Of a stretch of DNA of 64,000 nt, positions 29,259 to 39,255 are shown piece by piece; position 1 is the first letter of the stretch; each line of letters begins with the position of its first letter. A program made the translations under genes and the position numbers. The DNA lies in contig JAHPZJ010000013.1 in the NCBI GenBank assembly GCA_019058245.1, forward strand, positions 406,289-470,288, read 5' to 3'. Under the pieces are notes generated by a model. The model saw nothing but the letters and a program-made list of their open reading frames with translations. It searched no databases and was not told where the DNA came from. The stretch comes from Promethearchaeota archaeon (GTDB taxonomy: Archaea > Asgardarchaeota > Lokiarchaeia > Sigyniarchaeales > SOKP01).

Positions 29259-29439
29259 GAGTTTTTGGATTCCGTATTCATGCTATTTTTTATCTTATAT
29301 TAGTAAATAATCCAAATTGTAGTTTTATATTTTTTTATTAATTTTATTCTAATTTAAATCCTATTAAGTTGATTTTAGTAACGATTATTCTATTAAAAAA
29401 ACTTTAAGGTCCACTTATCGAACATTTCATTTCTTTTTT

Positions 29440-30561
29440 TTAAAATAAGATAAAATCACAAGAGGGACATTTCTTTCTATCTCCTTTTATAATTTTACTA
29501 CAATTTGGACAAATTTTTATTGAAGGTTTTTTGTTATTTTGTTCACTTTCGATTTGTGCTCTAATTGATAATGCCATTGGATCAACAGCTTGAATAATCT
29601 TAGGTTTTGTCCTTGCTTCTAACTCATGTAAATAATCTACAATATTTTTCTTTTGAACTTGAGTCTTTTTTGCAATAGAAGGAATTTTTCCTGCTTGTAC
29701 GTCATTCACATAACCACTATCAAGTTTTAGAATGTTAAAGCAATTGTGGCATCTGAACACGTTAGAGATTCCTATATTAGATGTTTTAGCCCATTGAGAC
29801 CAACATACCTTATGAGCAACGGTTTCACAGGAAGGACACCTCACTATACCTTCATTACCTTGCTGAAAGCAAATTGAACAAGTAACTGTTTCGTTTACTA
29901 TTTCAGGTTCATCTGCTAAATTAGTATAAAATGGTTGATTATCAGGTAAGATCATTCTTAATCGTTGCTTGATAAATGAAGGTTCTGATACATATTTTTT
30001 CTCTGAAAGATTAGTTAAAATGGGATTTAACTCTTTAAGTTTAGAAATTTCATGCAAACTCCCATTGCATAATTTTACTAGTCTGATTAATTTAGAATGC
30101 AATTCTGGATTAGGGTCTCCAACTCTTACGATATCAATAAAAAGAGGCATATCTTTTACAACTTTAATTAGTTCTTCTATTGGTGGAAGATATTCTGGAG
30201 GGATATTATAGGCTCCTTTATCTATTAAAATTATTAATCGAAATATTTTTTCTGAAATTTTTTTATATACCTCAATAATAAATGTTATTGCTAAGAATAT
30301 CCCCCCCGCAATATTTGCATTAGTAATGTGTCCAGCCAATGATTTTAATGTATCAAGAATAATATCTGGATTAAATGTAAAATGTTCCAAATAATTTGGT
30401 CCTTCATTTTTAAATACAATAAGATTAAATCGATCAGATGGATCAATACTTTGTTTATTTTTCATAAATTCTGATATTGAATTATAGACCTGACGTAATT
30501 TAATTATATTTGGAGTGAAACCATAAAAAATGAGACAATCTTCGCTTTTTGTGGATTCCAT
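29440..30561 (-). CDS. vWA-like domain + C4HC3 (PHD/RING-like) finger + C-terminal zinc ribbon
   Basis: DRFNLIVF, IAGGIFLA, RLIILID, IDIVRVG, LCNG; CSIC...CPSC-x4-H-x2-C...CHNC; CPNC...CPSC. Confidence 0.75.
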   Translation of the reverse strand: MESTKSEDCLIFYGFTPNIIKLRQVYNSISEFMKNKQSIDPSDRFNLIVFKNEGPNYLEHFTFNPDIILDTLKSLAGHITNANIAGGIFLAITFIIEVYKKISEKIFRLIILIDKGAYNIPPEYLPPIEELIKVVKDMPLFIDIVRVGDPNPELHSKLIRLVKLCNGSLHEISKLKELNPILTNLSEKKYVSEPSFIKQRLRMILPDNQPFYTNLADEPEIVNETVTCSICFQQGNEGIVRCPSCETVAHKVCWSQWAKTSNIGISNVFRCHNCFNILKLDSGYVNDVQAGKIPSIAKKTQVQKKNIVDYLHELEARTKPKIIQAVDPMALSIRAQIESEQNNKKPSIKICPNCSKIIKGDRKKCPSCDFILF

Positions 30562-30789
30562 TTTAGAATTAAAGATTTAAATAACAAATAAATATTGAAA
30601 TACTTAATACAAAAATCGTACAGGAATAATAAGTATATTATTGTTAATAACATTAAAGATTTAGGCAAAAATAATAAAAACTTTTAAAACAGCACTAACT
30701 AATAATATCTTTTAAATAATTGAAAAAAAAATTTGGAGTATTTCCATTTTCCTCCCATTTAAATATAACTATAATCAAATAAACAATAA

Positions 30790-31866
30790 TTAACGTTTTT
30801 TTTTCTTACTTTTCTTTTTTGAACTTTCAGGCTCTTCTTTCTTCGTTTCAATCATTGCCCTTACATCAGATGCGAATGGATCTTCAGTTTGTATGACTTG
30901 TGGTGTGCTCTGAGCTTCAATTTCTCGTAAATAATCAACTATATCTTTCTTTTTCATCTTATTTAATTCAGCAATTGTGGGAATTTTACCTGCTTGTACA
31001 TCATTAATATAATTCTTATCTAATTTTAAGATATTAAAACAATTGTGACAACGATATACATGTGGAATTCCAATATGAGAGGTTTGTGCCCATTGTGCCC
31101 AACATACTTCATGGGCAACTGTTTGACATGATGGACATCTTATGAGCCCTTCATTACCCTGTTGAAAGCAAATTGAACAAGTTGAAATATCAGTAACTCT
31201 CTCAGGTTCATCAGCTAAATTTATATAAAACATTTGATTTTCCTCTGGTATCCTACGAATTTCTTGCTTGCTAAACGCGGGTTGTATAATTTTTTTTTTA
31301 TATGAAAGTTCCATTAGTAGAGGATCTAACTCATCAATACTACTAATCTCATAGAATTCTCCTTTAGTTAAATTCACTAATTTATTCAACCTATTACGCT
31401 CTTCATAATCTGGTTGCCCTATATATATAACATCAATAAAAAACGGCATATCTTTAACTTTATTAATTAATTCTTCTAAAGCAGGAAGGTATTGGGATGG
31501 AATTGCATATGCACCATCATCTACTATGATTAAAAGACGAAAGATCTTCTCTGAGATTTTTTTATATACTTCTATTATAAATGTAGTTGCTACGAATACA
31601 CCACCAGCGATACTTGCTCTGGAAATATTTTTTTCTACTGATTTTAGCATTGATAAAACTAGGTTTGTGTCAAAAGCAAAATGATCCAAATAATTTGGAC
31701 CATCAGGAAGAAATAAAATCAAATTAAACCTGTCTGAAGGATCATTAGCTTGCTTTATTTTCATAAACTCTGAAATTGAATTATAAAGGTCTTTGAATTT
31801 TGTTAATTCTGGAGTTAATCCATAAAAAATCAAGCAATCTTCACTCTTGGAGACTTTAAGAGTCAT
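30790..31866 (-). CDS. vWA-like domain + C4HC3 finger, paralog of 29440-30561
   Basis: Collinear and highly similar to its neighbour; ends in a Lys-rich tail with no zinc ribbon. Confidence 0.75.
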   Translation of the reverse strand: MTLKVSKSEDCLIFYGLTPELTKFKDLYNSISEFMKIKQANDPSDRFNLILFLPDGPNYLDHFAFDTNLVLSMLKSVEKNISRASIAGGVFVATTFIIEVYKKISEKIFRLLIIVDDGAYAIPSQYLPALEELINKVKDMPFFIDVIYIGQPDYEERNRLNKLVNLTKGEFYEISSIDELDPLLMELSYKKKIIQPAFSKQEIRRIPEENQMFYINLADEPERVTDISTCSICFQQGNEGLIRCPSCQTVAHEVCWAQWAQTSHIGIPHVYRCHNCFNILKLDKNYINDVQAGKIPTIAELNKMKKKDIVDYLREIEAQSTPQVIQTEDPFASDVRAMIETKKEEPESSKKKSKKKKR

Positions 31867-32183
31867 AAATAAAAAATTATAAATTTGATTATTTTTGAAA
31901 TAAAATCCTTAGTTAATATAAATTTCGTGGGAAAATTAATAAGTTTAAGGAAAATAATACTCTATTCTAGAAAGCGTTAATCTATTTTATATCTTAATTC
32001 CTTTACATCATTTTAACTTTACATTTCATACAACAAATTTTTTATAAAAAAATACTTTTTACCTATTAAGTTAATTATAAAACTTAAAATAAAGACGGAT
32101 ATTTTTAAACCATTACTAATCTACAATTATCATACGCTAATGTAAGTGTTATTATCTGTCTCATTGCTAAATGAGGTAAAAAT

Positions 32184-32441
32184 ATGCAAATATACCGTTT
32201 AAAAATAAACAAGAATATCTGTATTGGATGTAATGACTGTGTCGTAAGCTGTCCCTTAAATTTCCAACAGTTAAAGGATAAAGGGTATTTAAATCCAGAA
32301 AATGCAGTGCTTTTAGTAAGAAATGGAGTGGCTTATGATATTTACGATGAAAGCAGAGATATAAATTGTGATGGATGTGGTGTATGTCTTAAAAACTGTC
32401 CTGTTTCTGCTATTGAATTACAATTAATTGAAGTTAAATGA
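32184..32441 (+). CDS. fwdG: 4Fe-4S ferredoxin, formylmethanofuran dehydrogenase subunit G-like
   Basis: Two CxxCxxCxxxCP motifs; first gene of the fwd cluster. Confidence 0.72.
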   Translation: MQIYRLKINKNICIGCNDCVVSCPLNFQQLKDKGYLNPENAVLLVRNGVAYDIYDESRDINCDGCGVCLKNCPVSAIELQLIEVK

Positions 32442-32451
32442 GGTATGAAAA

Positions 32452-33189
32452 ATGTCATTTCCTAAAATTTCAAGATCAATTAGTAAAGAACTTGAACATG
32501 TGAAAGTTCAATTTCTTACTGAAAGTATAGAACTTCTTTTGGATCGAACTAAATGTGTTGGGTGTGGTACTTGTGCTAGAGTTTGTCCAAAAGAGGCAAT
32601 TTCACGTGGTCCAGTAGCTGCTGCTCGTCGATTTCCTAATATGGAAGATATTATTCCAGAAATCTATGACCCGAAAAAGTGTGTTTTTTGTGGTACATGT
32701 GTTGTAATGTGCCCTTTTAGTGCTTTAAAGCTAAAAAAAGATGGGGAACTAATAGAATTAAACGATATACAAATTGTTAAAGAAAAAGTTGTCCCAAAAT
32801 TAGAATTTGAAGCTAAAAAGATAAAGGATATTGCAGGAATAGAAAGAATAGTCAAACCCTATGCTGACGGTGAAATAAGCATTGTTGATGAGGAATGTGC
32901 TGGTGGATGTGAAGCTTGTGCAGATGTATGCCCCAGTGGAGCTATAACTGTTCCTGAAAAATCGGATAAAGGATGGGAGACTGTTCCTAATGTTGTTGTT
33001 GATCCTGAAAAATGCATATTTTGTGGATCTTGTGATAATGCTTGTCCAACTGGAGCTATCAAATTAAAAATAACTGATATTAAAACTTCAGGTGAATTTA
33101 GTGAAATGTTTTGGGTACCACTTTTAGAAAGAATAAAAACACTAAGGTGGAGTGAAAAAAAGGAGGAAAAAACTGATGAGAATAAATAA
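32452..33189 (+). CDS. fwdF: Polyferredoxin, formylmethanofuran dehydrogenase subunit F-like
   Basis: Four ferredoxin motifs; fwd context. Confidence 0.78.
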   Translation: MSFPKISRSISKELEHVKVQFLTESIELLLDRTKCVGCGTCARVCPKEAISRGPVAAARRFPNMEDIIPEIYDPKKCVFCGTCVVMCPFSALKLKKDGELIELNDIQIVKEKVVPKLEFEAKKIKDIAGIERIVKPYADGEISIVDEECAGGCEACADVCPSGAITVPEKSDKGWETVPNVVVDPEKCIFCGSCDNACPTGAIKLKITDIKTSGEFSEMFWVPLLERIKTLRWSEKKEEKTDENK

Positions 33190-33571
33190 TTTAATTTTAA
33201 TAACTTGCCGGACAATTAATCAAGGCGTAGCACTTGAAGGAGGAAAAAATACAATTGAGAATGTTAGAGCTGCTGGTATTTGTGCCTTTGATAAAGAGGA
33301 TTTCAAAAAATTAGACTGTCCTGTTGGAACACCTGTTAAAGTAATTACAGAACACGGAGAAGTTGTAGTATATTCAACAATTTCAGAAGAAGGTCCCCAT
33401 CCAGGAATTATTTTCATACCGATGGGACCATGGGCAAATCAAGTTGTAAATCCGGATTCTCAATCATGTGGTACACCTACGTATAAAGGGATGAAAGCAA
33501 GCGTAGAACCTTTACCAAATGGAAAAGTGTTAAATGCCGTAAATTTAATCAAACTCTTAAAGGTGGCATAA
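33176..33571 (+). CDS. fwdD: Formylmethanofuran dehydrogenase subunit D
   Basis: LITCRTINQG, IFIPMGPWAN, GTPTYKG; ATG at 33176 follows GGAGG. Confidence 0.9.
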   Translation: MRINNLILITCRTINQGVALEGGKNTIENVRAAGICAFDKEDFKKLDCPVGTPVKVITEHGEVVVYSTISEEGPHPGIIFIPMGPWANQVVNPDSQSCGTPTYKGMKASVEPLPNGKVLNAVNLIKLLKVA

Positions 33572-33573
33572 AT

Positions 33574-34902
33574 ATGGCCGATAAGAATATAAGAACTGTA
33601 ACAGATGTAATTTGTCCTTTTTGTGGGACTCTCTGTGATGATTTGGAAGTAGATATTGATAATAAAGAAGAAAAAATAGTAGAAGTAAGAAATGGTTGTC
33701 AAATCGGAACTAAAAAATATTTTTCTTCTAATCCAAGTGTACATCGGTATGATAAACCACTTATTAAAGATAATGGATCTTATAAAGCAATATCATGGGA
33801 TGAAGCCATAGATAAGGCAGCAGATATATTAATAAAAGCTAAAAGACCCTTACTATATGGATTCTCAAGTACAGAATGTGACGCTCAAGGAAAAGGAGTA
33901 GAATTAGCTGAACTATTAGGGGGAATTTTAGACAATACAGCATCAGTTTGTCATGGTCCCTCCTTACTTGCGATTCAAGATGTTGGAGCTCCAACTTCTA
34001 CTTTAGGGGAATACAAAAATCGAGCGGATTTAGTAGTCTTTTGGGGAAGTAATCCTGTTCATGCTCATCCAAGACATCTTGGAAGATATAGTGATTTTAT
34101 ACGTGGATATTTTAGAAAAGACGGCTCAAATGACAGGTTTATTGTAGTTGTAGATCCAAGAAATACTCATACAGCTCAACTTGCAGATATGTATATACAA
34201 TTAAATCCTAGTGAAGACTATGAACTGATAAATGCAATTAGGGCAATGTTAAGAGGGGTTGAATTAGAGGGGGATGAAATCTCAGGAGTTCCAAAAAAGA
34301 TAATTATAGAATTAGTAAATGCTTTAAAATCTTGTAATTATGGTGTAATCTTTTTCGGTATGGGTTTAACTCAAACTTTATCTCATCATAGAAATATAGA
34401 TGCTGCTATTTGTTTAGTGAGGGAATTGAATGATCATACTAAATTTTTATTAACTCCTATGCGTGGACATTATAATGTTGCGGGGGCAAATCAAGTGTTT
34501 ACATGGCAAACGGGATATTCCTATTCAATAGATTTTTCTAGAGGCTATCCTCGGTATAATCCTGGAGAATTTTCTTCTGTTGATTTATTAATGAGGGATG
34601 AGATTGATGCTTCTTTGATTGTAGCTTCTGATCCTGCCAGTAATTTTCCAGCGGCAGCCGTGAAAAATATGTTTAAATACCCTTTGATTTCTATCGAGCC
34701 CCATCATACGCCCACTTCAGTTAATGCGGATATCATACTTCCTCCGGCTATAGCAGGAATAGAATGTGAAGGAACGGCGTATCGTATGGATAGTGTTCCT
34801 TTAAGATTACGAAAAGTTAAGGATGCTCCTGGAGATTGTTTAACAGATAAAGAAATTTTAGAACGATTAGTAGAAGCTGTAAAAAAGAAAAAAGGGGAAT
34901 AA
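33574..34902 (+). CDS. fwdB: Formylmethanofuran dehydrogenase subunit B
   Basis: CPFCGTLCDD, ASVCHGPS, KNRADL, HPRH, MRGHYNV, YRMD. Confidence 0.95.
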   Translation: MADKNIRTVTDVICPFCGTLCDDLEVDIDNKEEKIVEVRNGCQIGTKKYFSSNPSVHRYDKPLIKDNGSYKAISWDEAIDKAADILIKAKRPLLYGFSSTECDAQGKGVELAELLGGILDNTASVCHGPSLLAIQDVGAPTSTLGEYKNRADLVVFWGSNPVHAHPRHLGRYSDFIRGYFRKDGSNDRFIVVVDPRNTHTAQLADMYIQLNPSEDYELINAIRAMLRGVELEGDEISGVPKKIIIELVNALKSCNYGVIFFGMGLTQTLSHHRNIDAAICLVRELNDHTKFLLTPMRGHYNVAGANQVFTWQTGYSYSIDFSRGYPRYNPGEFSSVDLLMRDEIDASLIVASDPASNFPAAAVKNMFKYPLISIEPHHTPTSVNADIILPPAIAGIECEGTAYRMDSVPLRLRKVKDAPGDCLTDKEILERLVEAVKKKKGE

Positions 34903-34906
34903 AATA

Positions 34907-35758
34907 ATGGTAGATATCAAATTAAAATTGAAAAAAGCACCAGAATTTCCTTTAGAAGCTGATGTTATAACACCAGATCAATTTGCTGGAAAGTCAGCAG
35001 CACAAATTAAAAAATTAATAGTGTATCATGGGAATGAAGAAAAAACTTTAGGAGAATTCTTTGATGTCACTGGAAATGGAAGTGAAGTTAATGATATTAA
35101 AATTATAATCGATGGAGATCTCTCAAATGTAAAACGTATTGGAGAAAAAATGACTGGTGGCGAAATTATTGTAAATGGGAATGTTGGAATGCATGTAGGG
35201 AGTAAAATGTCGGGAGGAAAAATATTAGTAAATGGAAATGCTGATGATTGGGCTGGTGCTATGTTAAATGGTGGAGAATTAGAAATAACTGGGAATGCTG
35301 GTAATTATGTGGGGGCTGCATACAGAGGATATTGGAAAGGAATGCAAAATGGAGTAATAAAAGTGAAAGGGAAAATCGGAAATGAAGCTTTATCATGGGT
35401 TACTGGATCAAAACCCGGAAATAGATTTCCAACTCTTTTATGTGGCAGTGCTGGTTCATTTTTAGGTGTTCATAGTCACGGAGGCACAATTATAGTAGAA
35501 GGTGATTGTGATAGATGCATTGGAGCAGATCAAGTAAGGGGGACAATTGTTGTCAAAGGTAAGATAAATAGAATTCTTCCTTCCTTTAAAAAAATCGGTG
35601 AAGTAAAAGAAATTGAATTAATGAATGGAGAAAAAATAAAGGGTAATTTTATTGAATATAGCGGAGATCACTCTGTAGAAAAAAATCATTCTAAAATTGA
35701 TAAAAAAACTGGAAATATTTCTAATAGCTCAAACGGTAGATTATATGTAGCCGCTTAA
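34907..35758 (+). CDS. fwdC: Formylmethanofuran dehydrogenase subunit C
   Basis: PLEADVITPD, GXGXG beta-helix repeats, AYRG. Confidence 0.93.
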   Translation: MVDIKLKLKKAPEFPLEADVITPDQFAGKSAAQIKKLIVYHGNEEKTLGEFFDVTGNGSEVNDIKIIIDGDLSNVKRIGEKMTGGEIIVNGNVGMHVGSKMSGGKILVNGNADDWAGAMLNGGELEITGNAGNYVGAAYRGYWKGMQNGVIKVKGKIGNEALSWVTGSKPGNRFPTLLCGSAGSFLGVHSHGGTIIVEGDCDRCIGADQVRGTIVVKGKINRILPSFKKIGEVKEIELMNGEKIKGNFIEYSGDHSVEKNHSKIDKKTGNISNSSNGRLYVAA

Positions 35759-35908
35759 TTTATCTTTTTATCTTATATATCAAACTTTTTTGACTTATCT
35801 ATCTTTTAATTTTAGGAGAATTATTTTCTTACTTCATTTTATTTATAGAAAACATTAAATATTATTTAAAAAAATAAAATTCAATTTAATTAGTTTATAT
35901 TTTTAACT

Positions 35909-36724
35909 GTGTTCAAAAGAAAAGTAAAAATTTTTAGACTAAAAAGAGATAAGAAAGAAGAAATTGATGATATTGTTTTATATGAAACCCCAATTGATAT
36001 ATATGTTAACTCTGAAAAAATTGTAAATATCATCTGTTTAGCTAATAATTTAAAAGAACTTTCAGTAGGATTTTTATTTTCGGTCGGTATTATTAATTCT
36101 ATTAATGATATAAAAAATATCAGGCTTAATGAATTAGAAAACACGGTAAAAATCAATCTAAATGATAATATTAAATTTAGTATTGATCAACTCGAAATTA
36201 ATCCTATTAGTCGGGTTGTAGATACCACATGTGGAATTTCAACACCATGGCGTGATACAATTAAAAGAAGTTTGGAAGAAGCTAAAGTTAAAGAAGAGTT
36301 AAAATCAAAATCCAATATAAAAATAAAACCAATTACAATTTTTTCAGCAATAAAGGAAATGCAAATATCTACTCCTTTATATAGAGAAACAGGTGGATGC
36401 CATGGTGCTGCTATTTTTGACTTTAACGGAAAACCTTTAAGTGTTAAAGAAGATATTGGACGACACAATGCAATTGATAAAGTTATTGGAGATTTACTTA
36501 TAAAAGAACATGATTTTGAAAATATATTTTTAACTTCCACTGGACGATTAACGGGAGATTCTGTTTTAAAAGCAATTCGAGCAAAAATTCCCATAGTGGC
36601 TTCTATTTCAGCTGCAATTGAATCTGGGATTAAATTAGCTTTTGCTTATGGAATTACATTGATAGGTTTTGCACGAGGTTCCAGAATGAACATTTATACT
36701 CATCCTTATAGAATTGATTTTTAA
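35909..36724 (+). CDS. fdhD: Formate dehydrogenase accessory sulfurtransferase
   Basis: TTCG, TGGCHGAA, EDIGRHNAIDKVIG, TGR, TLIGFARG. Confidence 0.93.
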   Translation: MFKRKVKIFRLKRDKKEEIDDIVLYETPIDIYVNSEKIVNIICLANNLKELSVGFLFSVGIINSINDIKNIRLNELENTVKINLNDNIKFSIDQLEINPISRVVDTTCGISTPWRDTIKRSLEEAKVKEELKSKSNIKIKPITIFSAIKEMQISTPLYRETGGCHGAAIFDFNGKPLSVKEDIGRHNAIDKVIGDLLIKEHDFENIFLTSTGRLTGDSVLKAIRAKIPIVASISAAIESGIKLAFAYGITLIGFARGSRMNIYTHPYRIDF

Positions 36725-36856
36725 TCTTTAATCTTCCAATTTTTGGAAAAATAATTCAAATTTTATATTGATACCAATATTTTTTTTAAAAAGATATCAT
36801 TTAATTTCAATTATCATTTTTAAAAGGTTATCTCATAAAAGAAAAAATATAGAAAG

Positions 36857-38302
36857 ATGTTGTTAAGTGAAATTATAATACTTTCATGCTTTATTGGAGT
36901 AATTTTTTTTATAATAACCGAAAAGATGAATAGGGCAATTGTGTCATTATTAGGTGCTATAATAACATACTTTGTCCTAATATTTCTTGAAAAGCTAAAT
37001 TTTTCAGTAATAGTTGATCTACTATTTAGTTCTGAGAAAGAAGGTTTTGTAAATTTACATTCTTTAATTTTGATTATAGGGATGATGATGATTGTACAAA
37101 TCTCACATGAGGCGGGAACTTTTCAATTTATTGCAGGAAAACTTATTAAATTGTCAAGAGGAAAGCCTATTCATCTAATGATTATATTTTGTTGTGTAAC
37201 CGTACTTATATCAGCTATTTTGAATAATATTTTAACAGTTATTATCATAATACCTTTAACTATTACAGTTTCAAGAATTTTAAACATAAATCCTTCCCCC
37301 TATATTCTTACTCAAGCAATATTAGTAAATATCGGGGGCACAGTTTTTTCAATTTCCTCAATTCCAAACATTTTAATCACAACTTATGCAAAAATAGAAT
37401 TTATAGAATTTTTTGTTAATATAGGTTTAATTTCCTTTATAATTTTTATATTTACTCTAGCATTTTTCATTCTAATTTATAAAAACGAGTTAAAAATACC
37501 AGAGGAAGGAGTAAAAGCATTGAAGGAGTTTGATGTTTGGAATGTTGTTCAAAATAAAAGGTTATTATATCAATCATTAATCTCTTTAATTGTTCTATTA
37601 ACATTACTCACAGTCGTTCCTTCTTCAATTCTTTCTCCTGATATCATTGCTTTATCAATTGCTTTAATTTTAATCATAATAACAAGATTTGAACCAAAGG
37701 AAATTATAAGCAAAATAGATTTTGAATTGATTTTCTATTTATTAGGTATTTTTATCATTGTTGGAGGATTAGAAATAACCGGAGCTACGGAAGTTTTAGG
37801 CTCTTTTATATTAAATATAGGAGGAAATAATCTTTTTTTTCAACTCCTATTGATTCTTTGGTTTTCAGCTTATCTAAGTAGTTGTATTGATAATATCCCA
37901 ATTACTAAGGTATTGATCCCAGTGGCAAATACTATGACAGAAACAGCCTCGTTATTTAATCGAAAACAAATTTTTTATAGTCTTGCACTAGGAGCAAATT
38001 GGGGAGACAATTTGACTCCCTTAGGTGATAATATTCTTGTAATGAATATTGCAGAGCAAAATAAACGTCCTATCACTTTCAAATCCTTTTTCAAATTGGG
38101 GTTTATTACAACAAATTACCAATTATTAATTATTTCAATCTATTATTGCTTACTTTTTTATCTTCAAATTGGGATTATAATTATAGGTTTTGTAAGTATA
38201 ATTATAATAGTAATCTATAGTTTGAATAAATTTGGTTCGCAAAAAATCAGATTTCAAATCCATTCTTTTAGTAATAAGTTAAGAGAAATTATAACAAGGT
38301 GA
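36857..38302 (+). CDS. ArsB/NhaD/SLC13 (P-protein-like) ion transporter
   Basis: SAILNN, NIGG...PN, IDNIP, LGANWGDNLTPLG; more than 10 TMs. Confidence 0.85.
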   Translation: MLLSEIIILSCFIGVIFFIITEKMNRAIVSLLGAIITYFVLIFLEKLNFSVIVDLLFSSEKEGFVNLHSLILIIGMMMIVQISHEAGTFQFIAGKLIKLSRGKPIHLMIIFCCVTVLISAILNNILTVIIIIPLTITVSRILNINPSPYILTQAILVNIGGTVFSISSIPNILITTYAKIEFIEFFVNIGLISFIIFIFTLAFFILIYKNELKIPEEGVKALKEFDVWNVVQNKRLLYQSLISLIVLLTLLTVVPSSILSPDIIALSIALILIIITRFEPKEIISKIDFELIFYLLGIFIIVGGLEITGATEVLGSFILNIGGNNLFFQLLLILWFSAYLSSCIDNIPITKVLIPVANTMTETASLFNRKQIFYSLALGANWGDNLTPLGDNILVMNIAEQNKRPITFKSFFKLGFITTNYQLLIISIYYCLLFYLQIGIIIIGFVSIIIIVIYSLNKFGSQKIRFQIHSFSNKLREIITR

Positions 38303-38309
38303 AAGTAAA

Positions 38310-38942
38310 ATGGTATTTAAAAATATTCAAAGAATAAAGGCTGCTTTGCCAGAAGTCAAATATGTTGCTATGTTCTATAATAATGGTACTATTTTTCAAA
38401 CCACATTTGAACAAGAGATTAATATTCCAAAATTGGGTGAAAATTTAGCTGAAATATTAAATCATATAAAAAAACTTTATGAAATTTGTAATTATAATTT
38501 TGAAGATTATAAAAAAGTTATTTTTGAAACTGATGATATTTCGATTATTATTTTAAAACTTGGTGAAGATAGTAATATTGCTCTTTTTTTCAAGAAAGAG
38601 GAAGAAAAAGAATTAAAATTAACTGCAATAAAAAGATATATGAATCGAATCGAAGAATTAATCGATATGGATGAAAAGGAACTGATAATTCAAGAGATAA
38701 TAGCAAAAGAAGAAGAAATCAAACATTTAAAAGAAGATCTTTCCATAAAAAAAGAAGAAATTAAAAAATTAAATGTAAATTTAGAAGAGTTGGAAGAAGC
38801 TATAATCGAGGGTGATAAAAAGAAAATATCTAAAGAAATAAATAATCTAGAAAATGATTGTATAAACTTAAGTAATGATATTGAAAAAATTAATATTTTA
38901 ATTGACCAATTAAAAGAAAAAATAGAAAAAGGCAATAAATAA
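38310..38942 (+). CDS. Roadblock/LC7-like domain fused to coiled coil
   Basis: N-terminal alpha-beta-beta-alpha-beta-beta-beta-alpha pattern (VKYVAMFYNNGTIF...KKVIFETDDISIIILKLGE..IALFF); Glu/Lys heptads at the C-terminus. Confidence 0.6.
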   Translation: MVFKNIQRIKAALPEVKYVAMFYNNGTIFQTTFEQEINIPKLGENLAEILNHIKKLYEICNYNFEDYKKVIFETDDISIIILKLGEDSNIALFFKKEEEKELKLTAIKRYMNRIEELIDMDEKELIIQEIIAKEEEIKHLKEDLSIKKEEIKKLNVNLEELEEAIIEGDKKKISKEINNLENDCINLSNDIEKINILIDQLKEKIEKGNK

Positions 38943-38966
38943 GGGTAAAATGGTTAATAATTTATC

Positions 38967-39161
38967 CTAAATTATTTCTTGGATAGTTCCTAAAATTAAA
39001 GGTATTAAAAGAATTAGTATTATCCCTATTATCGCTAGAAAAATAAACAAACCATTGGTTTTTTTTTTCCTTTCTTCAATAAATACCTTTATCAATATTA
39101 TTAGAGATATTACTAAAAGTCCAAATAAAAGCACTAATAGAATTATTGATTGATCTATCAT
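38967..39161 (-). CDS. Small two-TM membrane protein
   Basis: Two hydrophobic helices joined by EERKKK; GAGGA SD. Confidence 0.65.
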   Translation of the reverse strand: MIDQSIILLVLLFGLLVISLIILIKVFIEERKKKTNGLFIFLAIIGIILILLIPLILGTIQEII

Positions 39162-39255
39162 TATTTTTATCCTCTAATTACTACTATTGATCATTTGTTC
39201 CTTTTTTTAATCATATCAATTAATTTCTCAATTCGATTAATCGCATTTAATAATA

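Noticed and set aside
30740-30810. Possible frameshift at the A-run ending the second vWA paralog, hiding a zinc ribbon
   Set aside because: Neither alternative frame encodes a CxxC pair, so the stop looks genuine.
33574-34902. Selenocysteine-containing FwdB
   Set aside because: The active-site codon is TGT (VCHGP) and the ORF is uninterrupted.
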